Source of the DNA: Felis catus
Taxonomy: Eukaryota
DNA: 64,000 nt
Direction of reading: 5' to 3'
NCBI RefSeq assembly: GCF_018350175.1
Contig: NC_058368.1
Span: 198,712,001 to 198,776,000, forward strand
The translations under genes and the position numbers were made by a program. This document shows, piece by piece, positions 48,521-62,401 of the stretch. The notes below the pieces were generated by a model. That model was not told the origin of the DNA and did no database searches. It saw only the letters and a list, made by a program, of their open reading frames with translations. How positions within the stretch are numbered: position 1 is the first letter of the stretch; each line of letters opens with the position of its first letter.

Positions 48521-48916
48521 ATAAGATGTCCACTGTCAGGGGCTACTAGAAAACCCACTTGCTTTTGGTTTGTTTTGCTTCTCATCTGTTATAAGGCTCC
48601 CCGGCTCCAGTTCTAAAAGCACCAAGAGCAGAGAGAATTTGCTTTGTTGGGATCTTTCCCGGGGATTTTCAGAGGATGGTTAAACCCACTTGAAGGTCTA
48701 CCTAGGGAGCCTAGCTCTTTCTAAATGTCTTCATTCCCTGACTCTTCCTAAGTGTACAGAGGATAGAAAAATACCCTTGGTAAGGAATATTATATATTTT
48801 TATGCCCCACTTTGCATCTAGAAATGTTCTATTCAGATAGTGACCAAAAATGAGGTTTGATACAAAATGTATTAATCTGTTTAATTTTCTGTTGAATTTT
48901 GTGTTTCTTCACTCTT

Positions 48917-49105
48917 AAAAAAAAAAAAGTGTCTGTATTTTTGAGAGAGAGAATGAGCGGGGGAGGGGCAGAGAAGAGGGGACAGAGGATGTGAAGCAGG
49001 CTCCACACTGACAACAGCCTGTTGCAGGGCTCGAACTCATGAACCATGAGATCGTGACCTGAACCCGAGTCGGACACTTAACTGACTAAGCCACCCAGGC
49101 GCCCC
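48917..49105 (-). mobile_element. Can-SINE
   Basis: ttaactgactaagccacccaggcgcccc. Confidence 0.93.
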
Positions 49106-51069
49106 TTTCTTTGTTCTTTAGGAATAAAAAATACATGGTCTGAAACCGACCCAGGTTAAGCCCTAATTAGGGTATGTTTGTGAATATTGCATAGAAAGCT
49201 TGGGTCTCCTTACCCAAAGTCATGCCTGGGAAATTTACTTCTGGTTTTATTGTATAATTGTGTTATTTTAAAAAATTGATACTTAAAAATGAGATATTTC
49301 ATGTAGCCATTATAAGAGAAGAATTACATAGTAAACATAAGAGCCTTATCTTCTACTTAGCTACCTTTTTGAGTTTTAGTTTAAGGAAAAAAAAAATCTT
49401 GATCTATTTTCAATATGAGAAGTCCTGAAATTTTAGAGAGCTAGGAATATAGGAGAATCTTGAATTACAGTCTTTCAATCTAATTATCAGATATATGCCC
49501 TAACTTGGAAAACCCTACTTCTGGTTCGTCTTGAGATGCTCTTAGCAGGACTTGTGAGTCCCGCTGATCTAGGAGGACTGATGCACAGGCGGGGAGCCAC
49601 GTGGGCCCCTGGTCTGGCTGAGCACAGCAGCAACTCTCTTCCATTCAGGGTCTCCGATGTCTGCTCCTCTGCAAAGCCGCGAAGCCAGTGTCTGTAGCTG
49701 CTAAGCATGAAATCCCCTGCTTCTGTTTGTTTCTTTTGTTGCCACGAGTTAATAGGGACAGAGACAGGAGACAGACCAGAACAAAGCAGAAATAATGGAG
49801 TATTTCACCCCAAAAAGGAATGTGGATTGAGAAATACAAAGGGGAAGGCAAAGACAGACTTCGTGTCCCGAGGCAGTGTGATGTATTGGCCAGAAGCCTC
49901 AGCCCTGGGACAGTTCTGGGCCAAAGCCTTCATCAGTGAGCCCGGAGCAGCCCACATGGCCGAAAGGTTTGACCCATCTTCTGTAAAAACAATTTATTGT
50001 TTTTCCCACTAGGGTCTTAAAGGGCCACAAGATTTTTCACCTCGAAAAGTGGATTGCTCTTGTGACGTGGTGAAGAGTCTTCTCCTGGGATCTGCCTGGT
50101 GATCAAGGGCCTCTTCACAGCCAGCTCCACCCCCCCCACCCCCCCTGGCTTCTTCTATTGCTATAGGTGCCGTGTGAATTTACATTTTTTTCACTTGTTT
50201 GCAAGGACCACTAGTTACTCCAAGACATTGCAGCATATTTGAAACTCATTTTTCTTGCAAGTAGAAGGAAAGGATTAGCCAAGAGATTGCATGTTACGGT
50301 TTATCTCCTTCACGTGTATTTCTACGCATTCCAGGTTATTCGTGTATTTTTCTCCATACTCTCCCCCAGTACAGTTGATTTATTTTTAGTATTTGCTTAT
50401 GTATTTACTTTATTGAGGTATAGTTGACATACACATATATTTTAAGGGGGAAAATTGGGGACTGTTATTTAGAGATTTTCTCCACCCCCCCCCCCCCCTT
50501 GCTACCGTGCTTAGAATCAGAAATCTCTGCGGCAGCGTGGGCTTCTCTTAATAGACAAGCTTTGTCCTTGCCAGAGGACAAAAAATGGTTAAGTGAAAGA
50601 GGCCGACAGCAGGAGAGAGAAGCCAGCAACTCTTCAGGGTCCCCTCGCCTCCCTCCCAGCCGGTCCCCTCTCCGCCTGCCCTCCTCCCTAAGTCAGCCGT
50701 GCAGGAAGCAGGTCCCCCCGGCTCCACTGGGAGGAAGATGCAGGCCCTTGAGCAATAAACTTGACAGTGCAAGGAAAGCAGTGTCAAGGCTTGCATCGTC
50801 CCCTTCCTCTGCCAGGGATCTGTTCTCTCACAGAGGCAAACTTCTTCAAAGTTCTCATCTCCTTGAAACCACCAAGACACCCCGTTTCTGGGGCTCTGAT
50901 CCCTGACTCCAGACGTGGCACCAAGGCTGAGAGAACACGAGTAGGCATTCTGGAGCCATGCAGCCCTGGTGGGAGCTCCAGCTCGGTCGCTTGCTAGCTG
51001 TCACAAGTTCACATCTCTGTGTTGCCCTCTACACAGGATGCGTGTAATGTCTTTTCCCCGTATGTGGCG

Positions 51070-51230
51070 CACACTCAGATGTCAGAGGCTTCCAATCCTG
51101 GCTGCTCTGAGGCAAGTTACTTAATATCTTTGGGCCTCGGTTTCCCCCATCTTAAAGGGGGAAGCGCTTTTCTCAACGGGTCGTTCAAGGAGTGAGTTAA
51201 CACACACATATCACTTCTATCTGGTGCTAT
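51070..51230 (+). mobile_element. MIR core
   Basis: aatcctggct..ggcaagttacttaatatctttgggcctcggtttccccc. Confidence 0.7.
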
Positions 51231-54200
51231 TAGTAGCATTTGGATTTGTTTTTAAGTTTTAGGGGCAGCCATCCTTCCTCGTGTGTTTTCCAGAAGCTTT
51301 AGATAGCTGCTATGCGTGTTATGACAAATTTTGGTTGTATTTTCCACAGACAGACCCACATTTGACTATTAGGCACTTGGAAAATATTTTATTTTAACTC
51401 TTATATAATTTTAGATATTTAAACATTAAATATTTTGTTATTTGGACATGCTTAGTATTAGAAAACACTTCTAGAAATGGACTTCCTTTTAAAAACTTCT
51501 TTCATTGCAAGAGAGTGGGGGGTCAGAATGTACAGGTGTCTCCTTTTGGTTTTAAAACCAAACTAAGAAATAAATCCACTTCAGGTTACAAGTGACTCAT
51601 CTCTTGCTTTTAGGTACCAACTAATGAGTGTTGTGTTCATATAAGAAGCATTTATGGAGCACAGTGCCAGGCCCCACCCTAGGACTCCACCGAAAGACTT
51701 GGTTATTTGCTGTAGGAACTCTGGTTTTGGTTTGGTGAGACCCGTATTTAAATAAGGCGGAGATAGTGTGGGGTTCAGGCAGTGACTGCATGGCCCTGGG
51801 GGAAGTCCCCAAGCTGACTGAAGAAAATTTTCCAGCAACTGTACAGAGCTTCAATCAAATTGAAATCATGCTCAGAATAAAATCTTGTATTCATGATGAA
51901 AAACAGAGCATCAATTGAAACAAATGCCATGTTCCCAAAGGCTAGGGACTTAAGGACACGGGATGGTAGGAAATACTGGCAATGCAAGGGCCGGTGCCAG
52001 AGGGGGAGGATCTTGACTAAGACTCTGTCCAGAATTGACATGTTGTAGGACAACTCTGCTTCTCTGCTTTCAGGCCTGGCCACCCTTGGTAGCTGTAAAA
52101 TGCAACTTTTTGAATCAAGGATGAACAGGTCTTGGAGTCGATGTGTCGAATTCTATCATCTGCTTAATTCTTACTGTCAGGAAAACAAAACAAAACAACA
52201 ACAAGAAAAACACCTGGCCTGATACTTCCATGCTAGAAGTGTGTGTCGTGAACCAAGGAGGGAAAGAAGGAATTAGCTCTCTGGGGTCACTGGAGAAGAC
52301 TTTTCAGAGGAGTACCATCAGAGCAGTACCTTGACTAGTACCAAATTCCTAGGAATTTGCCAAGGAGAGGAGTGGAAAGAGCCTTTCTTTGGGGGGCACA
52401 GAACCGGAGCATGAGGGGGCTCAGACAGCTGGAGGAACGTAGTGAGTGAGTTGGAGGGTAGCCGGAGTCATGAAGGGGGGAGATGGAGAGGGAAAGGAGA
52501 TACACAGTTAAGTGCTTCATTAGTGCTTTATGGTGCCAATCTGTGGAGTAGTTATCCGCTAAGTACCTATTATGTACGGGGCTCTGCCAGACCTACCAAA
52601 ACGTCTGACGCTGTCCCCAACAGAAACGGAGACATCTTAAGATCATCTTGCTGCCTTGGTGCTAGGCCACCTATCTGAAATACAAGCCCTTGTTTAATCT
52701 TTACAATTTAATCTTTGGCTTCCCACCTCCCCCCCCCCCCGCCCCCCCGCAGTACAAGTCATCAGTCTCCTTTAAGCAAATATTGCTAAGGTTTTTGCTT
52801 ATGCCTTTTAGTTAATCTGCCTTTCTGCTAAAGATTATATGATTGTATGATTTGTCCAAAGTCTACGACGTAGATATTACTGGTGATTCCGGACTTTGCC
52901 CTCTCTCAAGACCTTGGCACACCGTTTCCTCACGTGCGACATTGGTGGAAGCTTGTGGATTTATGCTAAGGGGAAACATCCTGCGTCCTGGCACAATCAG
53001 AGATACACTGGGTCCTTTTGAAAAGGAACGTGTCATAACAGACCCTGTGTGAGAAGACCTGTGAACTGAAGCAGTCTAGACAAGAGACCGTGACCTTGCT
53101 TGCACACGCCCCTCCCCCGCCCCCCCCCCCCCCCCACCATGGTTACAGACTTCTCCCTGCTGCAAGCAAGGGCCAAGGGTTGCGTGTCTTTAGTGTCTTG
53201 GGTTGGACTGGAAGGGGATGGAGCCCTCTGGAAGCTGCTGCGGCCTGGCCAAGGGAAGTGCCAGTGTCTGGGCTGCATGGTGGGCTGCCAGGCCCTTGCC
53301 CGAGGAAACGACTGTCACCTAGGATGCCTTAGGGAAACGAGCCTCCTGATGAACAGTGATGTATCGCTCTGGTGCCTTTCTTGTAGCAAAATGCATTGAG
53401 CTGATGCCTCCTAACGTCCTCCTGAAGAAAGGAAGTGGCAGATAGTGTTAAAACATTACTGGTTAATCACGAGGAAACTGAAGCATGGATAGGTTTATGG
53501 AGGCTGAACAGAGCCACACAATGCCTCACTGTCTGGCCTGGGAATGGGGCCTGAGTTTGCCGCTTGCTGTCAGGACTGCCGACGGCATTGTGTTTAGCAT
53601 TGTACGGCAGTGAAAGGGGCTTACTCTTAACAATGCAAGAGCTGCTTTAGGAGACAGACACAATGAACTTGGGTACAGTATAGTCTAGAGGCCAAAATGA
53701 GTAATTTTAAGTAAATGGACTATGAGATCTGAAGCTTCATTAAGTTTTAAAATGAAAAACAAGTGAAAACTGTAGAGTTTTTAGGAACGGACTCAAAAAA
53801 ACATGAACATTCTTTTCCCGTTTGAAATAGCATATTTTTAAGAGCCTTATTTTGTTGGCTCAAAATCTGACACTACTCCTGCCAAGCATAGGATTTATTT
53901 ATTTCAAATAAATATTCAAAGGTTCTGTGATTTATTTCAAAGATTCTATCTTGTAATGATTGTCAGTCTAACCTTTGTGCCTTTTATGTTCCAAAATACC
54001 TGATTTCCATAGACTGTGGTTTTGTGTGTGTGGTGGAGGGAGGCTCCCCCCTCCCCCCCCCCCCCCCCATTTAGTTTGAGTTATTCCAGAACAGTTGAAA
54101 ATACAGAGCCTGGAATTCAGGAAACAGATTTGGGGGAGAGGAGACATGTCATGTTAGGTGTCTTAACCATCACTGTGGAGAACCTAGAGGAGATGGAAAG

Positions 54201-54347
54201 ATCTGTGTGAGTACAGTGTCACTGCTAAATTGCTTTTCATGCCAAAAGTGCCTTAGTGACCTAGAGAAAAATTAACAGGTGATACAGATATTGAGTTTGG
54301 CTGCAAACATTTTTACATTTTGGATTCTAAAAAGAGCATGAAGGTGA

Positions 54348-54570
54348 GGGTGCCTGGGGGGCTTAGTCCGTTAAGTGTCTGACTCCGGCTCAGGTCATGC
54401 TCTCATAGTTTGTGAGTTCAAGCCCTGCGTCGGGCTCTGTGCTGACAGCTCAGAGTCTGGAGCCTGCTTCAGATTCTCCATCTCCCTCTCTCTCTGCCCC
54501 TCCCTTGCTCATGCTCTGTCTCTGTCTCTCTGTCTCTGTCTCAAGAGTAAAGAAACATTAAAAACAAAAA
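54348..54570 (+). mobile_element. Can-SINE
   Basis: TSD cat(g/a)aaggtga. Confidence 0.93.
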
Positions 54571-55549
54571 CATAAAGGTGAAATTTTGGAACTTCTGGCC
54601 AAAGTACGTTGAGTAATACTAGCATTTGAATAACTTAAACAGAGCCAGATAGCGAGCCGTCACCTATAATTTTATTCTGTATTTAAGATTTGATTGTTTC
54701 GACCTGGAAAGTTGGTCCAGTCCCCCTCTAGAAGATGGCCCGAGAGAATTCTAGGAGAGAAGCTGAGCAGGAAAGCGGCAGTCTGGAGCAGGAATCGGGT
54801 CTCCTCTCTTTTCCCAGTGAAGATCAAAGCAGCCCAATAAGAGAAACCACAGTGTGACTGGTGGTGTTGTCTGACATAGTAAATAGCGGCTAGCCAGTGG
54901 TCCTCTTTGAGGGAATACGTAGATACATGCAAATACGTATCTGCCCCTTAGGAAAGTTCCCCGTGAGTCCAGGGCACTCACAGATAAAATTTGCAAAATG
55001 TCAGACGGTATCAGCCAGCCTTCGTACGCATCCAGGATGTGATGTGCTGGCATCTAGGGTGCTGTTTATAGTTGTGGTCATTAATCTTGTAAGAGGAAGA
55101 CATAATGGAGCTCAAGTAATGCCAAGAACAGAACTAATGTGATGGAGCAGTAGGGATGGCTGTATGCCGGCAGACTGAAACAATTAGGGCTCCTCAGGCT
55201 TGAAAAGACAGGAAATATGATTAGAGTTTAATTTGTGAAGAATATGGATTAGATGATCTTAGAATTGTTTACCAGAAGTAGGGAGAACCTCTTAAGAGCC
55301 AAGGAAGAGCGTACTGGGGACAAAAAGAAGCTCTCTCATACTGGGAAAGTAGACCCTGTACAGTGCAATCACTCTTAAATTGGACTAACTTATGGCATTG
55401 AAGTAAAGTGAAAGGGCCAAGGGTTACTCTTAGTTTGATACTTTTTTTCTTGACATGTGAGGGGCCCCAAGAGAACATAGATCAAGCTTCCCATTAGCCT
55501 TTACATTTTCTTTTTTTTTTCTTAGGCGAACTTTCAGTGTCATGGGTTT

Positions 55550-56250
55550 TTCCTTCAACATTTATTCGTTGAGGGTAGATTATGGGCCATGTCTTCCGCA
55601 AAGCCCTGGGGACACTGGGATGAAGATGGAGAGGTCTGGTTCCCACAGTTTGGTGATGAATAGGAAACTGTAATTGTGTGATGAATTGACAAACGTGTGT
55701 GAGAGCTTGACAGAAATGGCTCACATTCTCATAGAAACAGATCGGGTGCCCCTGGAGAAAGGGGTGTTGAAGCTGAGACCTAAAAGCTGACAAGTCCACT
55801 GAGCTAAGATCTGGGGTAAGAGGGAACAGCATCTGGGAGTGCTTGGAGTTGCCAGAGGGTTGTCATGACTGGGGGCAAAGTGAGGGAGGAGTGGCTGGAG
55901 AGTGACCCGAAAAGAGGCTGGGAGGGCGGGGGGCACGTTGGTGGAGCGGATTCTGGAAGACTTTGTAGGTCCTAAGTGTTTGGATCCTAGAATAGTTGGA
56001 AGTCACGGAAGGGGCTTAAGCAGATAAGATCAGATTTTGTTTTTATAAAAAAATCATCGTGGCTGCCTCATGGAGAATGGAGAGGGCAAGAATGAATATC
56101 CCGGGACTGGTGGGAGAATGTTGATATTGTCTAGGTGATGGTGGCTTGGACTTGAGAGCAGTGGGCATGTTCTAGAGCTCTTTCAGAGGAGTCATGGACA
56201 GGATTTGTTGACTAACTGGATATGAGAAGTATGAGAGAGAAAGAGTCAAA
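55550..56250 (-). mobile_element. L2 fragment
   Basis: ttcaacatttatt..ccctggggacac; gatcagattt..tcgtggctgc; ggtgatggtggcttggact. Confidence 0.7.
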
Positions 56251-56654
56251 TTGATCTTATGAGAGCCAATTAGGCCTCAGATTTTATCTGAATGAGAATT
56301 AGCACAGACTTTTCATAGGTCTTTTCTCTTGGGATCTCCAGATGATCTAGCAATCAATAGGTCTCCCTCCCCCACCTGTCCCTCATTTTCTCTCCTGAAT
56401 TACTGAGGGTTCTACAAGTTGGGACATAATTGGCCCCTAATAAATGATTGTCAAGTAAGTAGAAAGATCATAAACTGCCTAATTTCCAGTCTCCCAAATC
56501 CCCCTGCCTGTAACTCTTGGAGAGCAAACAGGTCTTGCCATGCACAAACTGTACAACTGTTCACAGTACCCTGAGGTCAGTTGACCTGAAACAGAATTTG
56601 GCACTGGTCAAGATGGCAGAGGTAGATACAGGGGCTCAATTTAATGATTTGTAA

Positions 56655-57632
56655 AAGCTTTTTATTTTTGAAATAATACCAGAGTTGTAAGACAAATACA
56701 GGGGCACCTGGGTGGCTCAGTCGGTTAAGCGTCCAATTTCGGCTCAGGTCACGGTCTCACAGTTGGTAAATTCAAGCTCCACATCAGGCTCTGTGCTGAC
56801 AGCTCAGAGCCTGGAGTCTGCTTCAGATTCTGTGTCTCCCTCTCTCTCTGCCCCTCCCCTGCTCACACTCTGTTTGTCTCTTGCTCAAAAATAAAGAAAT
56901 ATTAAAAAAAAATTAAAAGATGAATACAAGGAATTTTCTTATGACTCTCCGCTTCTCTGGTCATTAACATCTTAACCGTGTTTGCTCTATCACACTCCTC
57001 ACTGTATAGAGCTGACGATGGACATAGATTTAGAAATTCTTCTAACCAATTAATTAGACATCAAGACCCTTCATCTCTAAAATACTTCAGAATGTGTGTT
57101 CTCAGAACAAGGATTTTCCTTTTATCAGCATAGTACAACGATGAAATTCAGGAACCTAGACCCTCTGCAACCCTGTGTACAATTGTGCAGCCTCTAGTCA
57201 GCCCTCACCTCTTGTCCCAATGTCATTTCTGCCATTTTTTCCTCAGCCTGTCCCAAGGGTCCAGGGTCCAGTCCGGAAGGCATTGCATTTGGTTACCCTG
57301 TCTCTAGTCTTCTCTAACCTAGAACAGTTCCTCAGCATTTCTTCAACTTGTAAGACCTTGAGATTTTAGAGAACAGGTCAGCCGTCTTGTGGAGTGCTCC
57401 TCAGCGTGGTTTTGTCTGAAGTTGTCTCATGCTTAGATTCAGGCTGTGCATTTTTGGTAGGAGAGCTGAGCGATGATGTCCTGCCCTTCGCAGGGTGCCA
57501 GTGACAGTAGGGGGGGAGCCGTGAAGTCCCTGTAGGTCTCATTCCTGGGAATGTTAGCTTTGAACACTTGGTTAAAAAGATGGTTTCTCCACCCTGAAGT
57601 TACCTTTGCTTCTTAAAACGAGTAGGTTATTT
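56655..57632 (-). mobile_element. L1MC4/5-type L1 3' end, interrupted by a Can-SINE
   Basis: ctaaaatacttcag..aagaacaaggat-like, cattgcatttggtt..tctctaacctagaacagttcctcagc, ttagattcaggctgtgcatttttgg, cacttggttaa. Confidence 0.75.
56701..56916 (+). mobile_element. Can-SINE
   Basis: Near-full-length copy. TSD aaga(ca/tg)aataca. Confidence 0.95.
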
Positions 57633-57725
57633 AATTACTTCTTAATACTTAGTCATTGCGAATGTTACTAAGCTTTGTGTCCAGTCTTACTTAAAAGAGC
57701 CACATTTCTCCCCCTCTCTTGGCAG

Positions 57726-57870
57726 TGTTTTAGAGCACTTTGCTGCAAGGGACCACCACCCGCACGACCTGAGTATGACCTGGTTTGCATAGGCCTCACA
57801 GGTTCTGGCAAGACCAGTCTGTTGTCAAAGCTCTGCAGTGAAAGTCCCGAGAACGTCGTGTCGACCACAG
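57726..57870 (+). CDS. ARL15: ARL15 (ADP-ribosylation factor-like GTPase 15) internal coding exon (exon 2), 145 nt, phase 0 to 1
   Basis: Acceptor tttctccccctctcttggcAG at 57724-57725 and donor CAG|GTGGGT at 57871. Translation CFRALCCKGPPPARPEYDLVCIGLTGSGKTSLLSKLCSESPENVVSTT(G) matches the recalled ARL15 residues ~17-65, including the N-terminal Cys cluster and P-loop GLTGSGKT. Confidence 0.96.
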
Positions 57871-58354
57871 GTGGGTACTGTGCCCGAGTTCTGCCCCTTT
57901 CTCATCCCCCAAATGGTCTTGTGTCTTATGCTCTTTGTGGGACTCTTTATTTGTAGTTAAATGCGTCAGTCAGTTTATTTATTTTTGGATGTTCCGTTTT
58001 TCAAAATAGAGTTGGGGGTGGTGAGTGGCATTAAATGGCTACACCCTGTATCTCTCTCGTCAGATATTTCAATGCCACTGAACAAGTCAAACTCCGGAGA
58101 ACATTAATACAAACTAATGCAGAAACCTGGAATTCTAGAACTGTAACAAAATGGCTTCATCTCGGCCTCACAGAGTACTAGTCCCCCTTGAAGAGTCACT
58201 CTGGCCTACTTGAGTCGGTCATACACTCCCCGAACAGCGCAGCTGATGGAGTCTGAGTCTTCTTTCCTCATAGTTCTCATCTGGAGGGTAGTCAGCGCAG
58301 GAACCGTTGATCAGGTTATGTTGTTTCCAGACGTGGCCAAGAAGTCTGTCTGGG

Positions 58355-58478
58355 TAGTGGTTCTCAATCAGGCGGGACTTTGGGTTGTCACACCTAGGGG
58401 AGGGGGCCACTGTCTTCTGTCGGGTAGATGCCAGGGATGCCGCCAAATATCCCACAGTGTGTGAGACACGCCCCCACC
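58355..58478 (+). mobile_element. MER20 (hAT-Charlie) fragment
   Basis: agtggttctcaa..tgggttgtcaca..gggtagatgccagggatgccgccaaatatcccacagtg. Confidence 0.8.
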
Positions 58479-58649
58479 ATGAGGAAGAGGCATCGAGAGT
58501 ACACTTAGTGGCTGGTTGGGTTTGGAAGGTGAGAGAAAAAAGCCAAAGACGACTCAGGTCCTGATTGAGGTGCTGGGCGAGTGATGGAATCATTAACTAG
58601 GATTTCCTGACAAGTAGGAAAAATACTGAGACCAAGAAGAGCCTTACAT

Positions 58650-58737
58650 CAGTTTGGGTCACGTATGCCACCAAATAAGTTAGGTTTTCAGAGCTTTTCA
58701 GATTTTAGAATTATAGATGAGAAACTGTGGGCCTGTA
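58650..58737. mobile_element. MER46C/Tigger4-like end fragment
   Basis: ggttttcagagcttttcagattttagaattatagatgag..tgtgggcctgta. Confidence 0.55.
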
Positions 58738-59699
58738 AAGCAATAGAGACCTAGCTTGGTTAAAGGATGAAGAAAAGAGGAAGGGGTTCGTGATAATCGG
58801 TGAGACGACAGAGGGTGATTAGAGCTCAAGCCATGGCCTTATGTGTGAAGCTGTTCCTATTTTCCTTTTCCCCAAGAGAGAACTGAGCACCCCCTTGTCC
58901 CCCACTGTGCATCGCCCATGTTTCTGTCACTTACTGCCTGCAACACTGCCATCTACCCGTGTGTCTCCCCAGCCTGAGGTGTGAGCCCCTAAGGACAGTT
59001 AGAGCATCATATTTGGCTTTATACATGCCAAATGTGGTATAAGGTTTGGGCATAGCTCCAAGTGTTTATTGAGTGAATAAGAGACCATAGTAATTTGAAT
59101 CTGTTTTTGCAGAAAGTATCCTATCTCTGAGCCTCATAATGGCCTTACATGGCAGGTAAGACTCTTTTTTCCAGACTCTGTCTTTAAATCATCTGAGGCT
59201 CAAAGGTACGGTGAGATGGCTATGGTCACACAGCTAGTGATAGAGGTAGAGTCCCAGTTCAAGGCTTCAAATGAAGTTGAGTCATCCCTAAGACTTAGGA
59301 TTTGTGATGAGAGTAGTATTGGCTGATTGTTGGTAAAATTGTGGATATCTTTGGAGAAATGGGTTATGAAATTATGCAAACCTTATTAATTCAGTAATTC
59401 TTTTCAAGCAAAATAATTTCCCCTAAAATGTGAAAAAAGAAACACAAAGTGTACACTTATCAGAGGTATAAAATCAGAAATACTATTGTTAGAAAAGCAG
59501 TTTTGAATTATAATGTAAAAGAAAATACCTGTAAATATTACAATTGTAAATTGCAATAATTTTTCTATTTCTACTAGATTTTTAACATTTTCCTTTTATG
59601 GGAACCTTGTGTGCTAGTTGAGTTTTCTGATGTAGGAGATGTTGAGTTGGCTAACATTTTGGATATCAAGCTTCTATGAGTTGTCATTATCTTGAACCA

Positions 59700-60615
59700 G
59701 GCACAGTGACTTTTTGGAGACATTTTTGAAGGTCTCTGATGTCAAGAAGCTTACACCCAGGTTAGGAAGATAAGATTTCTAATGACAAACAGTTGATATT
59801 TACTGCGTATTTAAGACCATGTGATATGTGCTATGCTTGATGGTAAAAATGAGAAAGCTAAAGGGTCATTTCTAATCTGAGGAGTCAAAGAAGGCACAGG
59901 GGATGTTACCTTTGAGGACGGCCTCATGATGAATGATATCTGAGCAGAGAGAAATGGGGTGAGGAGAAGAAGGATAGGAAGCAAAGGATGTATTCAGAGA
60001 ACAGCGATCTTCCTGGGTTGAGGCCAAGGACACAGGTGTAGGGTGCGTTGTGACCTGATGCTGGAGGAGCCTCTGAGAAAGACCTGTACCATGGAGAGCT
60101 GATCCAGTGGGGACCTCGATTGTGGGGATGGAGAGTTAGAGGCAGATGTGATTGATTTCTGTAAGAGCAACTATCACTTCCGGTAATAGAGAGGGAAAGG
60201 AAGGAAGAGAAAAGAATCATGTGTGCCTTAAGTCTCTAGCCTAGTGATTGAGTGAATTGTAAAAAGTGGAGAAAACATGACAGGCAATTTTAAGATAAAT
60301 GATGAGTTTGGCTTTGGACATGCTAATTTTGAGGCATTGGCAGTACTTTCAACAATGAGCCAAATGCCAGAAGATAAGCTGACTAGAGAGAGTTTGGATC
60401 TGGATTTGAGAGGCAACTGATCTGTGGGTTTGAAAGAGATTGTCGAGGGATGATGGGTGGTACAAGGCAGGAGGGTGCTAAGCACCAACTATGTATCATT
60501 CATTCTTTCCACATTTGTTGAATACCCATTACACGACTGCTACTGATTTAGGCACTGAGTATGCATTAGTCAACAGAACAGATCAACATTTCTACACTTT
60601 GAACTTACATTCTAA
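59700..60615 (-). mobile_element. L2 fragments
   Basis: gatgagtttggctttggacatgctaattttgagg; tcattcattctttccacatttgttgaatac. Confidence 0.65.
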
Positions 60616-62401
60616 CATCTGCACAAGACAGGGACTCTAAGCCAGGCAGTTCTATATGGTATCATATAGGCAAATAGGAACAAGAGGCCAAAAGAAATGG
60701 AGTTAAATAATCATCAGCCTCAAGTCCGAGAAAGGACTATTGGGTGTGGCGATATTATGGTCATTAGTAAACACGTTCAGCAGAGTCAGAGTAGAAACCA
60801 GCCTGAGCTATGAGGGAGTGGTGAGCAGAGGAAATAACAATGTATAGACCTTGCTTTTCACTCCTTGGCCCCTTGTTAAGACTGCACATTGACCACCCTT
60901 TCAAGAAAGTAAACAGCAACAGAGAAAGCAGTGTCTGGGGAATTTGTTTTTGCAAGGAGAGGTGCTGTGGACAGAGGTGTAATGGTAGAACAGAGAAGGA
61001 AAGAAGAAGATGCTCAACAGAAGGCAGTGACAGTAAGAATGAGTGAGGACTTCCAATTCTGTCAAAACGGAATAACTGGAATGGGTTTACCCTCCTGCTT
61101 GAAGTACATGGGGGGAGAGGGTTGGAGGACAGACAAAATATGCAACAGATTTCAGGAGAGTGAACATCAAGCAACAAAAGATGGTCCTCCCTGAGAGATG
61201 AGAAACCAATGAGAATAGCTCCACATTTGCCCCAGCTTACTGCCTTGAGAGAGTTCCTAGGCCATGGCACACTTCCAGGAGGAACTGAGGTAGAGCTCAG
61301 TGGACTCCCTACGTTGACCTAGACCTAAGAGTTGGAGAGACCAAGGCAGCTAGGGTTCGTGGGACATGGTAATGGAGAGGAAGAGAGAGAACCCTAGAGA
61401 TCTACAGAGGGTCTGCCTTGAGTAACCAGGAATGTATTCAATGCAGACACATGAGGAAACTACCCAAGGCCAGGGAAAGGAACGCCTTGAAAAGAGTAGA
61501 GAAAGATGGCTTGGTGTTCACGCAGGGCTAAAAGTTAGGGCTGTTCTCACTAGCCAGACTGAAAGCGTCATAATTCAAAAGGTACTGGGTAGAGTACCAG
61601 GAGGCTCTTGCCTCAGGAATCAGCCCAAAACTGAGTGCTGCTCTAGACCCACCTAAGAAATCAAATTAAGACCAAAGGCTCAAGCAAACTGTTTGCTACT
61701 AACTTTATTGCATCCTAGAACAAAGCTGTATGGGATTTACAGAAACAGAATTACCCAGCACCTAAGAAAAGATTTACAACGTTGGACACTCCAATCAAAT
61801 ATTACCAGGCATGTAAAGAGGCAGGAAAACATGATTTATAATGAGAAGAAAAATCAATTGAATCTGACTCAGAACTGACACAGATAAAGGAATTAGCAAA
61901 GAAAACTTAAAACTGTTACTATAGCTCAATTCCATCTGTTCGTAGAGTTAAGTAGAGACATGGAAAATTTTTAAAAGACCCATATAAACCATTATAAAAA
62001 ACCCATATAAAGAGGTGAATACAACAGTATCTGAGATGAATATGCACCAGATAGGATTCATGGCAGATTAGACATTGCAGAAGAGGAGAGTAATAATTTT
62101 GAAGGCCATTAGTATTAGATACCATCCAAAGTGTTGAGAGAGGGAGGAGAAAATGGGAAATGCAAAGAGCAACACGAACTGTGGGACAGGTCCAAGTCCC
62201 CAAGCATGGGTCATTGAAGTCTGTGAACATAAAGGGTGGAAAAAGGGACAGAAAAAAATATGTGAAGCGATAACGTCTAAAACATATTTAAACTTGAAGA
62301 AATTTAACAACAAATCCAGGAAGCTTATTAAACCTCAAGAACAAGATATGAGCAAACTACACAAAGACATATGATAAAGTTGCTCGAAACCAGAGATAAA
62401 G

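Larger units (their letters stand above)
1..57725 (+). other. ARL15: Distal part of the long ARL15 intron upstream of exon 2 (intron 1)
   Basis: No other ARL15 coding exon and no CpG-island promoter seen upstream. The region ends at the exon acceptor. ARL15 is known to have very long introns. Confidence 0.8.

Noticed and set aside
52728..54068. Several long poly-C runs (also near 1570 and 36435) and many poly-A/T runs
   Set aside because: Ordinary homopolymers with no associated structure. Their lengths are also error-prone in assemblies.
57675..57956. 93-aa ORF as a stand-alone small GTPase gene
   Set aside because: Only 57726-57870 is ARL15-like. The flanks are intronic sequence beyond canonical splice sites.
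60764..61270. Longest ORF (168 aa), and other ORFs over 140 aa at 23560, 28311, 42498, 44498, 45547 and 50424
   Set aside because: They overlap repeats or homopolymers, or show no recognisable domain or supporting exon structure. ORFs of this size are expected by chance.
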